From Eledone cirrhosa (lineage: Eukaryota): a DNA stretch of 64,000 nucleotides. The stretch spans positions 3,100,001 through 3,164,000 of the forward strand of contig OZ024759.1 in NCBI GenBank assembly GCA_964016885.1, in the 5' to 3' direction. The first letter of the stretch is position 1, and the number at the start of each line of letters is the position of its first letter. The translations under genes were made by a program, and so were the position numbers. Below the pieces are notes generated by a model. It did no database searches. It was given only the letters and a program-made list of their open reading frames with translations, and was not told the DNA's origin. Below, piece after piece: positions 49,213 through 64,000 of this stretch.

Positions 49213-49660
49213 AGAATATATAAGATCAAAAGATGGTTAAAAGAGTTCCATGTATTTTATTATGCGCATTTCAAACACAAATATCATCATGCGATAACAT
49301 TTGCGTTTTCGTCAGATAAAATAGGAAGACATGATATGAAGGTTAAAAAATACTTGTGAATAATGCAGTTTTAAATCAACATATGAAAAGTAGTTTTAGA
49401 TTGATGTGTGATATTGAGAAAAAAATTGAGGAGGGGGGTTGGAAAGGATGAAAAAGAGGAGGAGATGAGAGTAAAAAGTGGAGGGAGAGGAGTATAATGA
49501 GGAAGGATGAGATAGGAGGAGAGATGGGTGATAGAGAGAGAGAGATAGCTTTTATAACTGAGAAAAATATATTGTTTTACATAGAGAGGTTAAAAACCGT
49601 TGGAAGATAATATATAAATTAAAAGAATTTGAAAATTAAAGAAGAGAAAAATTTTAGAAT
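49213..49660 (-). mobile_element. pLTR/3' UTR fragment (family of 11199-11378)
   Basis: Minus-strand HHR at 49253-49323 with a CTGACGA core and palindromic stem III atgcgcat. Confidence 0.78.
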
Positions 49661-50845
49661 ATACTTTGGGAGGGTCATGTTGCCAATAAGAAACACACGC
49701 ACCAGTTGTTTCACTTCAATTTATTATAATAAATATATAAATTTCCGGTTGGTTGGTTGGTTCCACAACCAGATGGTTGTTTATATATTTTCAAAGTTCT
49801 TTCGTCACACATTCTGTGACCTCTTCAGTGACTGTGGATTCTTTTATTTGTTTTTTGTGCCTCTCCTTTGTTCTGTCCTACGCCATCTTGTTTGTGTGTG
49901 TGTGTTGTGTGCTTAGTTTGCGCATGTGTTATATCCGGGTGTCTGTGTGTGTTTATATTCGTTTATTTATTTGTTTATTTACACGTTACTGGTTGGTTGT
50001 TTGTTCTATGTGCGTGTGTGTTTTCATTTTGTCCTTAATTGTAAGTTGTGATGTTGTTGTTCCACTCATGTTTTCTATTTAATTTTGGTTGAAATTCATT
50101 TATGTTTATTGCCTCTATGATTTATCTAAACATTGCGTCTTTTCTGTGTGTAGATTCTATTTTTATTTCTATGTTCTCTAATTTACCCCTGTGTTCTATC
50201 TTAGCATGTTGGTAGAGCACAGATGATTCTTTATTATCTTGGAGGTCTCGCCAGTGTTCATTTATCCGTTCCCCTACACTACGAGCTGTCTCACCTATGT
50301 ACACTATATTCTTATCTCTACATTGTCCTTCAGTACATCTTATGCTATATACTACATTTCTAGTTTTACAGTTAATATGGGTGCTTAATTTACAGATTAT
50401 ACATTTCTTATCTATACAGGGAGGTCTTTGAAAAGGATATGTCTTGCTAATAAGTGTTTTTATGGAGGTACCTAGTCTTTCTACTATCTTAATATTGAGT
50501 TTATGTTTATCTAGGGCCCTTCTAAATTTGTAAGCTAATTCACCTCTAGGGGTTGTATCGATGAACATTACACTCTGGTATTTATTGCTATAATACCATG
50601 AGTTTATTCTATTAGCCTTATTCCTAGTTCTTTCTATTCTATTCCGAAATTTGCTCCTATACAAGGGGCAGGTCCCATTTGTGTCACTATTTACGATTTT
50701 TTCCCATTTGGTTCTGGCTCCTCTATACACTCTGATTGTAACCAGAGAACTGCATACGGTGGATGAAGTGTTGTATGTGTCTCTCTAGTTCTTCGGGGTT
50801 GCACATACAGGACACGTTTCTCATCACCCGTACCAAATCCGCAAT
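49661..50845 (-). mobile_element. Truncated PLE (37587 family) with GIY-YIG
   Basis: ORF 50122-50730 is nearly identical to 38289-38960. pLTR with HHR at about 49790-49833. Confidence 0.9.
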
Positions 50846-50856
50846 ATATATATATG

Positions 50857-50901
<45 letters not shown>

Positions 50902-50918
50902 GTATATATATATGTATA

Positions 50919-50978
<60 letters not shown>

Positions 50979-50980
50979 TA

Positions 50981-51015
<35 letters not shown>

Positions 51016-51020
51016 ATATA

Positions 51021-51309
<289 letters not shown>

Positions 51310-51310
51310 G

Positions 51311-51537
<227 letters not shown>

Positions 51538-51576
51538 ATATATATATATATATGTGTATATATATATATATATATA

Positions 51577-52255
51577 TGCGAACATGCCAGACAACAACAC
51601 GACGGTAACATAGACAACATAGAAATTAGAATAATATCTAAACATAGAAATGACCCAGCAGATAGGCAAATCAGAGAGGCCAGTGAAATAGAACTTAGAA
51701 GGCCAAGGCTAAACAGAAAGAATGAATGGAATAACAACAACACCCGAACAAACAACACTGACCTAAGAGAAGTATAAATAAATAAATACATACACAAGCA
51801 CAATAACAACAAACACATGTAAACACACATTAGTAAAGATAGAATACATTAACCGATACACAGTCACCCAATCACGAACACACATCAAACAAAACACTAT
51901 ACACACACAAAATAAAATAAACAAACAAGCAAATAAATAAATAAATATATAAACAGACTAAATAAAAATGGCGTAGACATACAATGTAACGGGAGGAAAC
52001 AATAGCACCACTGACGATGTTGCAGATGTGCAACCAAAGAACTTTGATAAACTATATATATGTGTTTGTGTCTACATTGTATATGTATTATTTTTGACCG
52101 TTGGTCAGTCAATGGCAACATTGAGGACCGAATAAATTAGATTACCGATATAAAAGACACAGAAGCGAAAAGCGAAAACCAACCAAACAGTGAGTGTGTT
52201 CTGTTATTAATTCTGGCAATATTACACAAATATGACCCTCCCCAAGTATAACAAT
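51577..52255 (+). mobile_element. 3' fragment of a related PLE family
   Basis: [34 protein letters not shown]...PRLNRKNEW. Degenerate HHR CTGACGA-t-gttgca/tgcaac at about 52008-52048. Confidence 0.85.
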
Positions 52256-52266
52256 ATATATATATG

Positions 52267-52433
<167 letters not shown>

Positions 52434-52436
52434 GTG

Positions 52437-52507
<71 letters not shown>

Positions 52508-53001
52508 GTATATATATATATATGTATATATATACATATATGTATATATATATATATATATATGTATACATATATATATATATATGGGAGAGATGACCCC
52601 TTAGCCTTTGTCAAGGCAGAATTCTAGGAGAAGGAAAACTCTGATATAACACCTGCAACTCTGATGGTATCCAATGATGTTGACGTGTTCTTCTTTTTGG
52701 TAAATATCATCTTGGTTAAGAGAGTGGGACTGGCTTTGTGCAGTGCCTTTGCTCACTATAAAAGCTTCACGGCACAGGCATTGCTTTATATCTGGAGATC
52801 TCCCAGCATTTGTCGTCACATGATACCATGGGCCCAGCACTAAGTGTCAATAATTGTCACAAGTGTAGTGTTTGTACCAGAGTTTTCAAGTCGCTGGCTG
52901 GACTAAAAAGTCACACTCGTTCAGCGCATCGGTAGGGGTTCTCCTACATGGATATAAAGTAGTGGCCATACTCGAAAACGAGTTGGCAGCCACCATATAT
53001 G

Positions 53002-53096
<95 letters not shown>

Positions 53097-53125
53097 GTAT
53101 ATATATATGTATATATAAGTATATA

Positions 53126-53190
<65 letters not shown>

Positions 53191-53205
53191 GTGTATATAT
53201 ATATG

Positions 53206-53236
<31 letters not shown>

Positions 53237-53262
53237 GTGTATATATATATGTATATATATAT

Positions 53263-53294
<32 letters not shown>

Positions 53295-53323
53295 GTATAT
53301 ATGTATATGTATATATGTATATG

Positions 53324-53380
<57 letters not shown>

Positions 53381-53525
53381 GTATGTATATATATATATGT
53401 ATGTATATATATGTATATATATATGTATGTATATATATGTATATATATGTATGTATATATATATATGTATATATATGTATGTATATATATATGTATATAT
53501 ATATATATATGTATGTATATATATG

Positions 53526-53558
<33 letters not shown>

Positions 53559-53573
53559 GTATGTATATATATG

Positions 53574-53652
<79 letters not shown>

Positions 53653-53786
53653 ATATATATATTTATATATATATGTATATATATATATATATATATATGT
53701 ATATAGTAATAATAATAAAATTGAAGACTAAAATCCAAAGAGGGCTCTATAAGGAAAATATATATCAAATATATAAAAACCAATAA

Positions 53787-53859
<73 letters not shown>

Positions 53860-53861
<2 letters not shown>

Positions 53862-54383
53862 AATAAATTATCGAGAATCGGAATTTCGGCCCACGAAATA
53901 ACGAAACACAATCTTCGAAATGCGTGGCAAAGGGCTCAATAGTTTGGATAAACCAGAGCTATAACAATCGTTTAAATAACAACACACGGAGACAATGCTT
54001 AAAATCAATCGCACAGCCGAAAAAATCGACCAGGAAAATTCGGGTCAGACTAATAATAATATAAATGAATAAAAAATCTTTACCCGGACCCGCTAGAATG
54101 ATGGTAAATTCCCGCTTTTTGATTTCTGCGGTTCCTAAATCAGTTACCGTCAGCTTACATAAAAAATATTCGGCTTCTGGCAGAAAGATGAACGAGGAAA
54201 ACCACTTTCTCAACTGGCATTTCGTTCGAATATACAGAAGAACCCGTTACTAAAGCCACGTGGGGTTTAACAAGGGAGGGAACCCCTATATTAGGCGAAT
54301 GAATTCGGCAGTGTATATATTTGTAAAAATACAAAATATCACATATCGAATTAGAGTTCTCAACAGACGGGTTAAAATTAACA
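53860..54383. repeat. Family X dispersed repeat
   Basis: Homologous to 9597-9873. Its end acatatcgaattagagttctcaacagac matches 58824-58850. Confidence 0.7.
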
Positions 54384-54682
54384 TATATATATAGATAGAT
54401 AAATATACACGGGTGTGTATGATTGTGTATAGAAGATTATATTAATAAGAGGAATTCCAACTTTGTCTGATTTACTCGTTTTATTTAGAATCCTTTAAAA
54501 TTTATAATGGTATTATAATGAAATAGTATGATAGAATATTAAATGTTAAGTGTTAATTGAACAAGTACTTTCATGCTTTCGCAATCTTCAGGTTCATAAT
54601 GTGTGGTGACAGTCAAGTTTGCCATTTTCAACTGTATATATATACATATATATATATGCATATATATATGTATATATATATA

Positions 54683-54735
<53 letters not shown>

Positions 54736-54740
<5 letters not shown>

Positions 54741-54926
54741 AGGGAGCTTATACAGGACTAGTACTGTTTCATTCAGATGAAATCTTCCTGAAGATTTCAT
54801 CTGAATGAAACAGTACTAGTCCTGGAGAAGCTCCTTCTATAAAATAAAAAAATAAAAAAATGTTACTCTTCCATGTATTGAGTACCTTACTTACTGTGGT
54901 TATCCCCGACTCAACCTGGGACCAAC

Positions 54927-54928
<2 letters not shown>
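54736..54928. mobile_element. Tiny palindromic HHR insertion (family of 31747-31907)
   Basis: caggactagtactgtttcattcagatgaaatcttc / CTGAAGAtttcatctgaatGAAAcagtactagtcctg. Shared tail tatgtattgagtaccttacttactgtggtta. Confidence 0.78.
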
Positions 54929-56119
<1,191 letters not shown>

Positions 56120-56427
56120 CATATATATTGTATTGCAAATTGCAAACTCGACTGTCACCACATATTATGAACCTGAAGATTGCGAAAGCATGAAAGTACT
56201 TGTTCAATTAACACTTAGAATTTAATATTCTATCATACTATTTCATTATAATACCATTATAAATTTTAAATGATTGTAAATAAAACGAGTAAATCAGACA
56301 AAGTTGGAATTCCTCTTATTAATATAATCTTCTATACACAATCATACACACCCGTGTATATTTACCTATCTATATCTACATATATATATATATATATACA
56401 TATATATACATATATATATATATATAA

Positions 56428-56608
<181 letters not shown>

Positions 56609-56653
56609 CCCTTGCAAGCAGGGAAAAGCGGACGTAAAATGATGATGATGATG

Positions 56654-56762
<109 letters not shown>

Positions 56763-56801
56763 CATATATATATATGTATGTATACATATATATATACATA
56801 C

Positions 56802-56832
<31 letters not shown>

Positions 56833-56909
56833 CATATATATATAATTATACATATATATATATATATATATATATATGTATACATATATATATATATATA
56901 TGTGTATAC

Positions 56910-56941
<32 letters not shown>

Positions 56942-56956
56942 GTATATATATATATG

Positions 56957-57003
<47 letters not shown>

Positions 57004-57012
57004 ATATATATG

Positions 57013-57062
<50 letters not shown>

Positions 57063-57149
57063 CATTTATATATATACATATATATATATATATGTATACA
57101 TATATATATATATAAAAAGATGATGATGATGAGGATGATGATATATACA

Positions 57150-57745
<596 letters not shown>

Positions 57746-57767
57746 ACAAATGACTCTTTCACAACAA

Positions 57768-57768
<1 letters not shown>

Positions 57769-57813
<45 letters not shown>

Positions 57814-57879
57814 TAGTAGTAAGGTGTTCGATGTTGTGATAATGGTTAGCAGGGATGTGTGTCAAATGGGTATTAAGAT

Positions 57880-57950
<71 letters not shown>

Positions 57951-58135
57951 CGTGTGTGTGTGTGTGTAGCAGAGTAATTCGTGGTAGCAAGGATGGTCAG
58001 TAGAAATGTGTCTGTAAGCAGTGGTGGGTATTTTAGCATGTCAAAAGATATTTTTCAGCTTTTGTCTTATACGGAGAAGTGTGTGTGTGTGTGTATAAGT
58101 CTCTTTGTATGTTAATGTACGCGTGTGTATGTGTA

Positions 58136-58167
<32 letters not shown>

Positions 58168-58190
58168 AGAATGTGTGTGTGTGTGTGTGG
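57769..58190. repeat. (TG)n microsatellite cluster
   Basis: Direct reading. Confidence 0.95.
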
Positions 58191-58308
58191 GTGGACCAGT
58201 ATTTTTTTCCCCCTGGTAAAATGGTGTACATTATTCGATTTTTTCAGTAAAAGCGGTTCTCTTAATGGAACATCAAAAATCTTAACAATAAAAGGTGTGA
58301 AATGATAT

Positions 58309-58339
<31 letters not shown>

Positions 58340-58343
<4 letters not shown>

Positions 58344-58941
58344 GAATAATCGAGTATCGAAAAATCGGCGCACGAGTTCACGATAAACAAAATTCGAGAT
58401 GAGCGGCAGAGGGCGCTATAATTCAAATAAATTAGAGCTATAACTATCGTTAAATACCGTCACACGTAGAATATGTCTACAATCAACCAAATAACCGATA
58501 AGTTCGATATGGAAGATTCGGGACACTCAGATAAATTATCAATAAATCAATAAATGAAATGAATGTAAAATGCATACCCGGACCCACTAGAGAGATGGAA
58601 TATCTAGCTTCTTGGGTTTCTGTAAATCCTTAAACCGTCATCTATCAGCTCATATAAAAATATAAGACTTACAGATGGCGGGGGACTGGAGTTACTTTAT
58701 CAACGAGCTTCGTCCGAATGGATAGAAAGACAAGACCCATGCTAAAAATACGCACATGGATTTCAGCAAGGGAGATAACCTTTATATCCGCAAAAAAATA
58801 TTCGGAAAAGTGTGGCAAAAAACACATATCGAATAAGAGTGCTCAATAGACATGTTAAAATAAACAGGGGCTATTCATCATTTAATAGAATCGACAAAAA
58901 ATGAACAATAAAATTAACTGGTCAATAGCTAAGTCTAGAGC

Positions 58942-58945
<4 letters not shown>
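58340..58945. repeat. Family X dispersed repeat (longest copy)
   Basis: Starts agtagaataatcgagtatcgaaaaatcggcgcacg, exactly as at 2958, in both cases after (TA)n. Confidence 0.72.
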
Positions 58946-58993
<48 letters not shown>

Positions 58994-58997
58994 TTTT

Positions 58998-59045
<48 letters not shown>

Positions 59046-59088
59046 CATATATATATATGTATACATATATATATATATATATACATAC

Positions 59089-59119
<31 letters not shown>

Positions 59120-59132
59120 CATATATATATAC

Positions 59133-59163
<31 letters not shown>

Positions 59164-59198
59164 CATATATATATATACATATATATAGATATATATAC

Positions 59199-59231
<33 letters not shown>

Positions 59232-59283
59232 GATATATATATATATATATATATAAATACATATATATATATATACATATACA

Positions 59284-59315
<32 letters not shown>

Positions 59316-59316
59316 C

Positions 59317-59366
<50 letters not shown>

Positions 59367-59372
59367 GTATAC

Positions 59373-59463
<91 letters not shown>

Positions 59464-59490
59464 TATACATATATATATATATATACATTA

Positions 59491-59604
59491 GTGAAGGCTG
59501 AGTGGTTAGAGAATTGGATTCACAATCTTGAGATTGTGAGTTCGAGTCCTGAACCGATCGATGCGTTATGTCCTTGAGCAAGACATTTTATTTCACGTTG
59601 CTCC
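59491..59604 (+). mobile_element. tRNA-derived SINE head and body
   Basis: A-box-like ggctgagtgg (59496-59505), B-box gttcgagtcc (59540-59549), followed by tgtccttgagcaagaca, a core-like block seen in several metazoan SINEs. Confidence 0.75.
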
Positions 59605-59699
59605 TTCTACCTGGAGTTGCGACCGATAGATAGTACTAGCAACTGGAAAGACCGATAGAAACATTGTTTCCTCGGTCCGTTTTGACGAAAGTCGATCGC

Positions 59700-59948
59700 A
59701 GTCCGGTGGGGGTGAATTGATAGTCACAAGGGAGCGGATGAAAAACCCAAGAACACGCAATTCATCCGTTCCCTTGTCGATCCAATTTGGATTGCCTCGG
59801 AAACATAACCTTATTATGTAACAAGCTGTCTGATGATGACACGACACTCGCACACAGAACAGTGTGGCCAGTGTCGTCACTGAAATATATATCACAGCAT
59901 TATTATTAAAGGACTTGAACATCTGAAACTACTTCGCTTTTCCTTATT
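59700..59948 (+). mobile_element. pLTR of the 8161-9455 family with HHR
   Basis: Near-identical to 9134-9380. HHR at 59825-59898. Confidence 0.83.
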
Positions 59949-59970
59949 CTATATATACATATAAATATTT

Positions 59971-60137
<167 letters not shown>

Positions 60138-60140
60138 CAC

Positions 60141-60197
<57 letters not shown>

Positions 60198-60507
60198 CAT
60201 ATGACGGCTCCCCCTCTTTATCGAGTATGGCCATTGCACGAGGAGAAAAAAAAGTTAATAAATAAATAAAAAATAAAATAAATATAAAAAAATAAATATA
60301 TATATATAGACACATATACATATACATATACATATACACACACACATATATATACACACACACATATACATTAATAACAATAATAATAATAATAATAATA
60401 ACAACAATAATAATAACGACAACAACAATAATAATATACATATATATATATACACATACACGCACACACATAAACATATCTACACACACTCACACACACG
60501 ATAGCAA

Positions 60508-63500
60508 CTAACAGCGCTGCGATCGAATGTGGCTTTTTAGCCCAGCCAATGATCTAAAATGTCTTGCACAGAGTCGGCAACCAAAACATTTACTGGGAAT
60601 AGTCGGCTGTGGTTGGAGTTCGTGTACTTTTGCATGTCGCTTGAGCCCTTCTGCTGATTTACATTCTCTACCACATGTTTGGCAAGCATGATGAGTAGCA
60701 TCTCCAACAGCAGCCTGGTAGTCAACCACTTGTCTTACTTTATGACTGCGAAGATGACTTTCGAGTCCAGCTTTGCTTAGGCAGAGTCTCGCACAGACGC
60801 TGCATGTCAGCACCATAGGAGGACCCTCGCCGTCTGGAAGTGCAACAGCAATGCCCTTCCTCACATCCCGCTTTACTTTCTCGTATGCGATTCGAGATGC
60901 CTCAAAGGCAACTTTTCCCTCATATACAGTCTTTCTCCATTTATTACGATCAGCAGCAATATTTTCCCATGTATCAGCAGAGATGTTAGCGTCTTTCAGA
61001 GAGGCTTTCAAGGAATCCCTATACTTCTTTTTTGGTTTATGTGGCGGTCGTTTTTCTTTAACCAACTCTCCATAAAAGAGTTGTTTTGGTATTCTAGAAT
61101 CCTTCATCCTGTCAAGGTGACCACTCCAACGGAGTCGTTGCTTAAGCACAAGAGCTTCTATACTGTCACACACAGAGCTTTCCAAAATCTCGACATCACT
61201 GATGTGGTCCCTCCAGTGAACGCCATGGATCCGTCTGAGACACATCTGATGGAAACGCTGCAATTGCTTAAGGTGGTGTCGATATGTGACCCAGGTCTCG
61301 CAGGCATAAAGAAGACAAGAGAGCACACATCCCCTGTACACCTTTACCTTTGTTCTCCTGCATATGTCTCGCCGACCCCAGAGTCGCCTTTCTAGCTTTC
61401 CGAAAGCATCACTTGCTTTCCTAATCCTAAATGAGATTTCACTGACAAGGTTGCTGTATCGATTGACAGTGCTTCCCAGGTAGACAAACTGATCAACCAC
61501 TCCAAGTCGTTTGCCATGCACATAGATATTTGGTTCAATGTACTGCTTACCAGGGGCAGGTTGGTACATGACGACGGTTTTCTTGAAACTGACAGTCAAT
61601 CCTAGAGCAGTGCAAGCGTCAGAAAATGCATTCAAAATGTGCTGCATATCACTCTCAGAGTGCGCTACAAGATCGCAATCATCTGCATACAAGAGGTCTC
61701 TTATGATTGATGTAAATACTTTTGTCTTTGCAGCAAAGCGCCTGATGTTAAATATGCTGCCTGAGGTTCGATATCGGATGTAAACACCATGCTCGCAATT
61801 CCTGAATGCAATACAGAAAACAATTGCAAAGCATATGGCAAACAGGGTAGGTGCTGGAATATCCCCCTGTTTCACTCCATGTTTTACTGAGATAGGCTCC
61901 GACATGTTACCTCCGATATTAACCCAAGCCTTCATGTCGTCATGGAAAGACCTAACTAAAGCAAGGAACTTATCAGGGCAACCAAGTTTCTGGAGAACCT
62001 TCCATAATGCATCTCTGTTAACAGTATCGAAAGCTTTTGTCAGATCGACAAAAACCTGATACAGATCCAAGCCTTGTTCCATGCACTTCTGGATCTGTCT
62101 AGCTGAGAAGATCATATCAGTAGTGCCCCGTCCAGCACGAAAACCAGATTGACTTTCAGGAAGAACACAATCTGCAATGTGTGTCAGCAGACAGTCCAGA
62201 AGCACCCTACATAAAACTTTCCCTACGACAGAAAGCAATGATATACCGCTGTAGTTCCCACAATCATTCCTGTTACCCTTTCCCTTGTACAAGACCACCA
62301 TTACTGCATCTCTCCAGTCCTCAGGTACGGATTCATTAGCCTATATACTGCCAAACAAAGAGTGAAGATGTTGCAGGAGTCTCTCACCACCATATTGTAG
62401 GAGCTCAGCATGTATGCCATCCATACCTGGAGTTCTTCTACTGTTCAGCTTCGAAATAGCCACTGCAACCTCAACAAGCGTCGGAGGTTCTGCGAGAGCT
62501 ACTTTCACAGGACTTTCTGGAATGAGATTGAGGAAATCTTCACTGACGACAGACGGCTGATTCAAAAGATCATCAAAGTGCTCTCGCAAACTTCGTAGAA
62601 TTCCTTGTGAGTCACGAAGAAGTTCTTTGCCATCCTTGCTGCGAAGCGGTGTCACCAGAGAAGAAGACGGTCCATAAACCTCACGCAAGAGACTGTACAA
62701 CAGCTTTGTGTTATTGGAATCTGACGCAGTTTGTATCTCACCAGCCTTCTCACTCCACCACTGATCCTTCATCTGAGAATACTCCGCCTAACACGTGATT
62801 TTACATCCTTGAGTTCCTCATGCAACGTATTCCTCTCCTGTGGTTTTGCCGTCAAGTAGCGTGACAGAGCACGCCTCTTATCAGCCAACAAGTCTTCTAT
62901 ATGTACATCATTCTCATTAAACCAGTCCTGATGTTTTCTCTGCACCAATCCCAGAACACGCCTGCCTACATCATAAACCGACTTTTTAAGGGTCGGCCAA
63001 TCCTCACCAAGATCTGCAGCCTGCATCTCTTCTTCCAATGTCCTCTTCACATTTTTATCCTTAAGACGAGCAGCATTCAATCTTTTGGGCAAGGCAACAC
63101 CAGGAGCCCGGATTTTACGTTTCGTGATTAGTTTCACTTCTGCGCGTACCAGGCGGTGGTCCGTCCAGCACTCAGCTCCAGGAAGAGCACGAACACACTG
63201 CACATCCTGTCTGTCACGCATCCTGACTAGGACGTAGTTCAAAAGATGCCATTCCTTAGATGCAGGATGCATCTATGTGGTCTTGAATTTGTTCTTTTGT
63301 TGGAACATGGTGTTGGTAACACACAGATCCAGCTCCTCACACATATGCAGCAGGAGCATACCATTCTTGTTACATTTTCCCACCCATGCCTTCCGATTAC
63401 ACCCATGTGTTAAAATCCCTACCCACTCTAGCATTAAAGTCACCAAGCACGATGACTTTGTCTGCCTGAGGGATATTTCTTAAAACACCTTTCAAGGCAT

Positions 63501-64000
63501 GGTAAACGGACACTTTTTCTTCATCGACAGAATTCATAGTTGGAGCATACACACTCACCAGGGTCGCATATCTTCCTTTGTCCAGCGGAATTCTCATGGA
63601 CATAAGACGCTCACTAATCCCTACTGGGAATTCTTCTAATTTATTCACAAGTACAGTCTTAACAGCAAATCCTACCCCAGCCTCTCTTCTGGTTCCTTCA
63701 TCTCTTCCTTTCCAGAAGAATGTATATTCTCCACAAAATTCTGTAAGATGACCATCTCCAGCTAACCTCGTCTCAGATAAAGCCACGATGTCAAGATCGT
63801 AACGTCGAAACTCCTTTGAAACAAGAGCGGTCCTTCGTTCAGGACGCTCCAAGGAATCCCTGTCAAGTAGCGTCCGTACGTTCCAGCAACCAAGACTAAA
63901 TGCCTTGATTGGCTCTATTACAATGGCACGATGACGAGCGGGCCCAGGCTGTGATAACCTGGGGTCCCTGCCCTTATTGCCAATTATCTTTTTTGTTCCA
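60508..64000 (-). mobile_element. Near full-length RTE (BovB-like) LINE with APE, RT and three C-terminal C2H2-type fingers; interrupted
   Basis: CWNVRTL, ALSETR, VYAPT, LGDFNARVG, CWTDHRLV; LPESQSGFR, FVDLTKAFDTV, GVKQG, LYADD, QRLRWSGH; three CxxC..GL..H motifs. Stop at 62341 and several frameshifts. Confidence 0.95.

Noticed and set aside
52586-52995. Unique 400-bp island, possible host exon
   Set aside because: No recognisable domain or convincing splice and ORF pattern; left unassigned.
59491-59560. tRNA gene
   Set aside because: A and B boxes are present but there is no closing acceptor stem, and it runs into a SINE body.

Overview
AT-rich eukaryotic repeat DNA with no recognisable host gene. 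The RTE/SINE sequences suggest a marine invertebrate, possibly a cephalopod (inference only). The window is a scaffold of long (TA)n microsatellites packed with retroelements: Penelope-like elements (PLEs; Naiad-type with a YRDD RT and a Cys-rich GIY-YIG, plus Neptune-like types), CR1-type and RTE-type LINEs, and a tRNA-derived SINE. The main signal missed by the ORF track is RNA structure. By manual reading there are more than 50 type I hammerhead ribozyme (HHR) motifs from about 17 sequence families. They include four non-coding tandem arrays (units of 312, 310, 554 and about 524 bp) with one HHR per unit, which look like retrozymes (circular-RNA-derived retroelements). These show compensatory base changes between families, and one insertion junction falls exactly at the predicted cleavage site. 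Most HHR-bearing insertions are palindromic, with one arm carrying an extra tail, and sit in (TA)n. An intact 291-aa Naiad ORF lacking the whole RT (N-terminal domain fused to GIY-YIG) is also present. The YIYI/ICIY-type ORFs are microsatellite translation artefacts. All coordinates were read by eye and may be off by a few bases.
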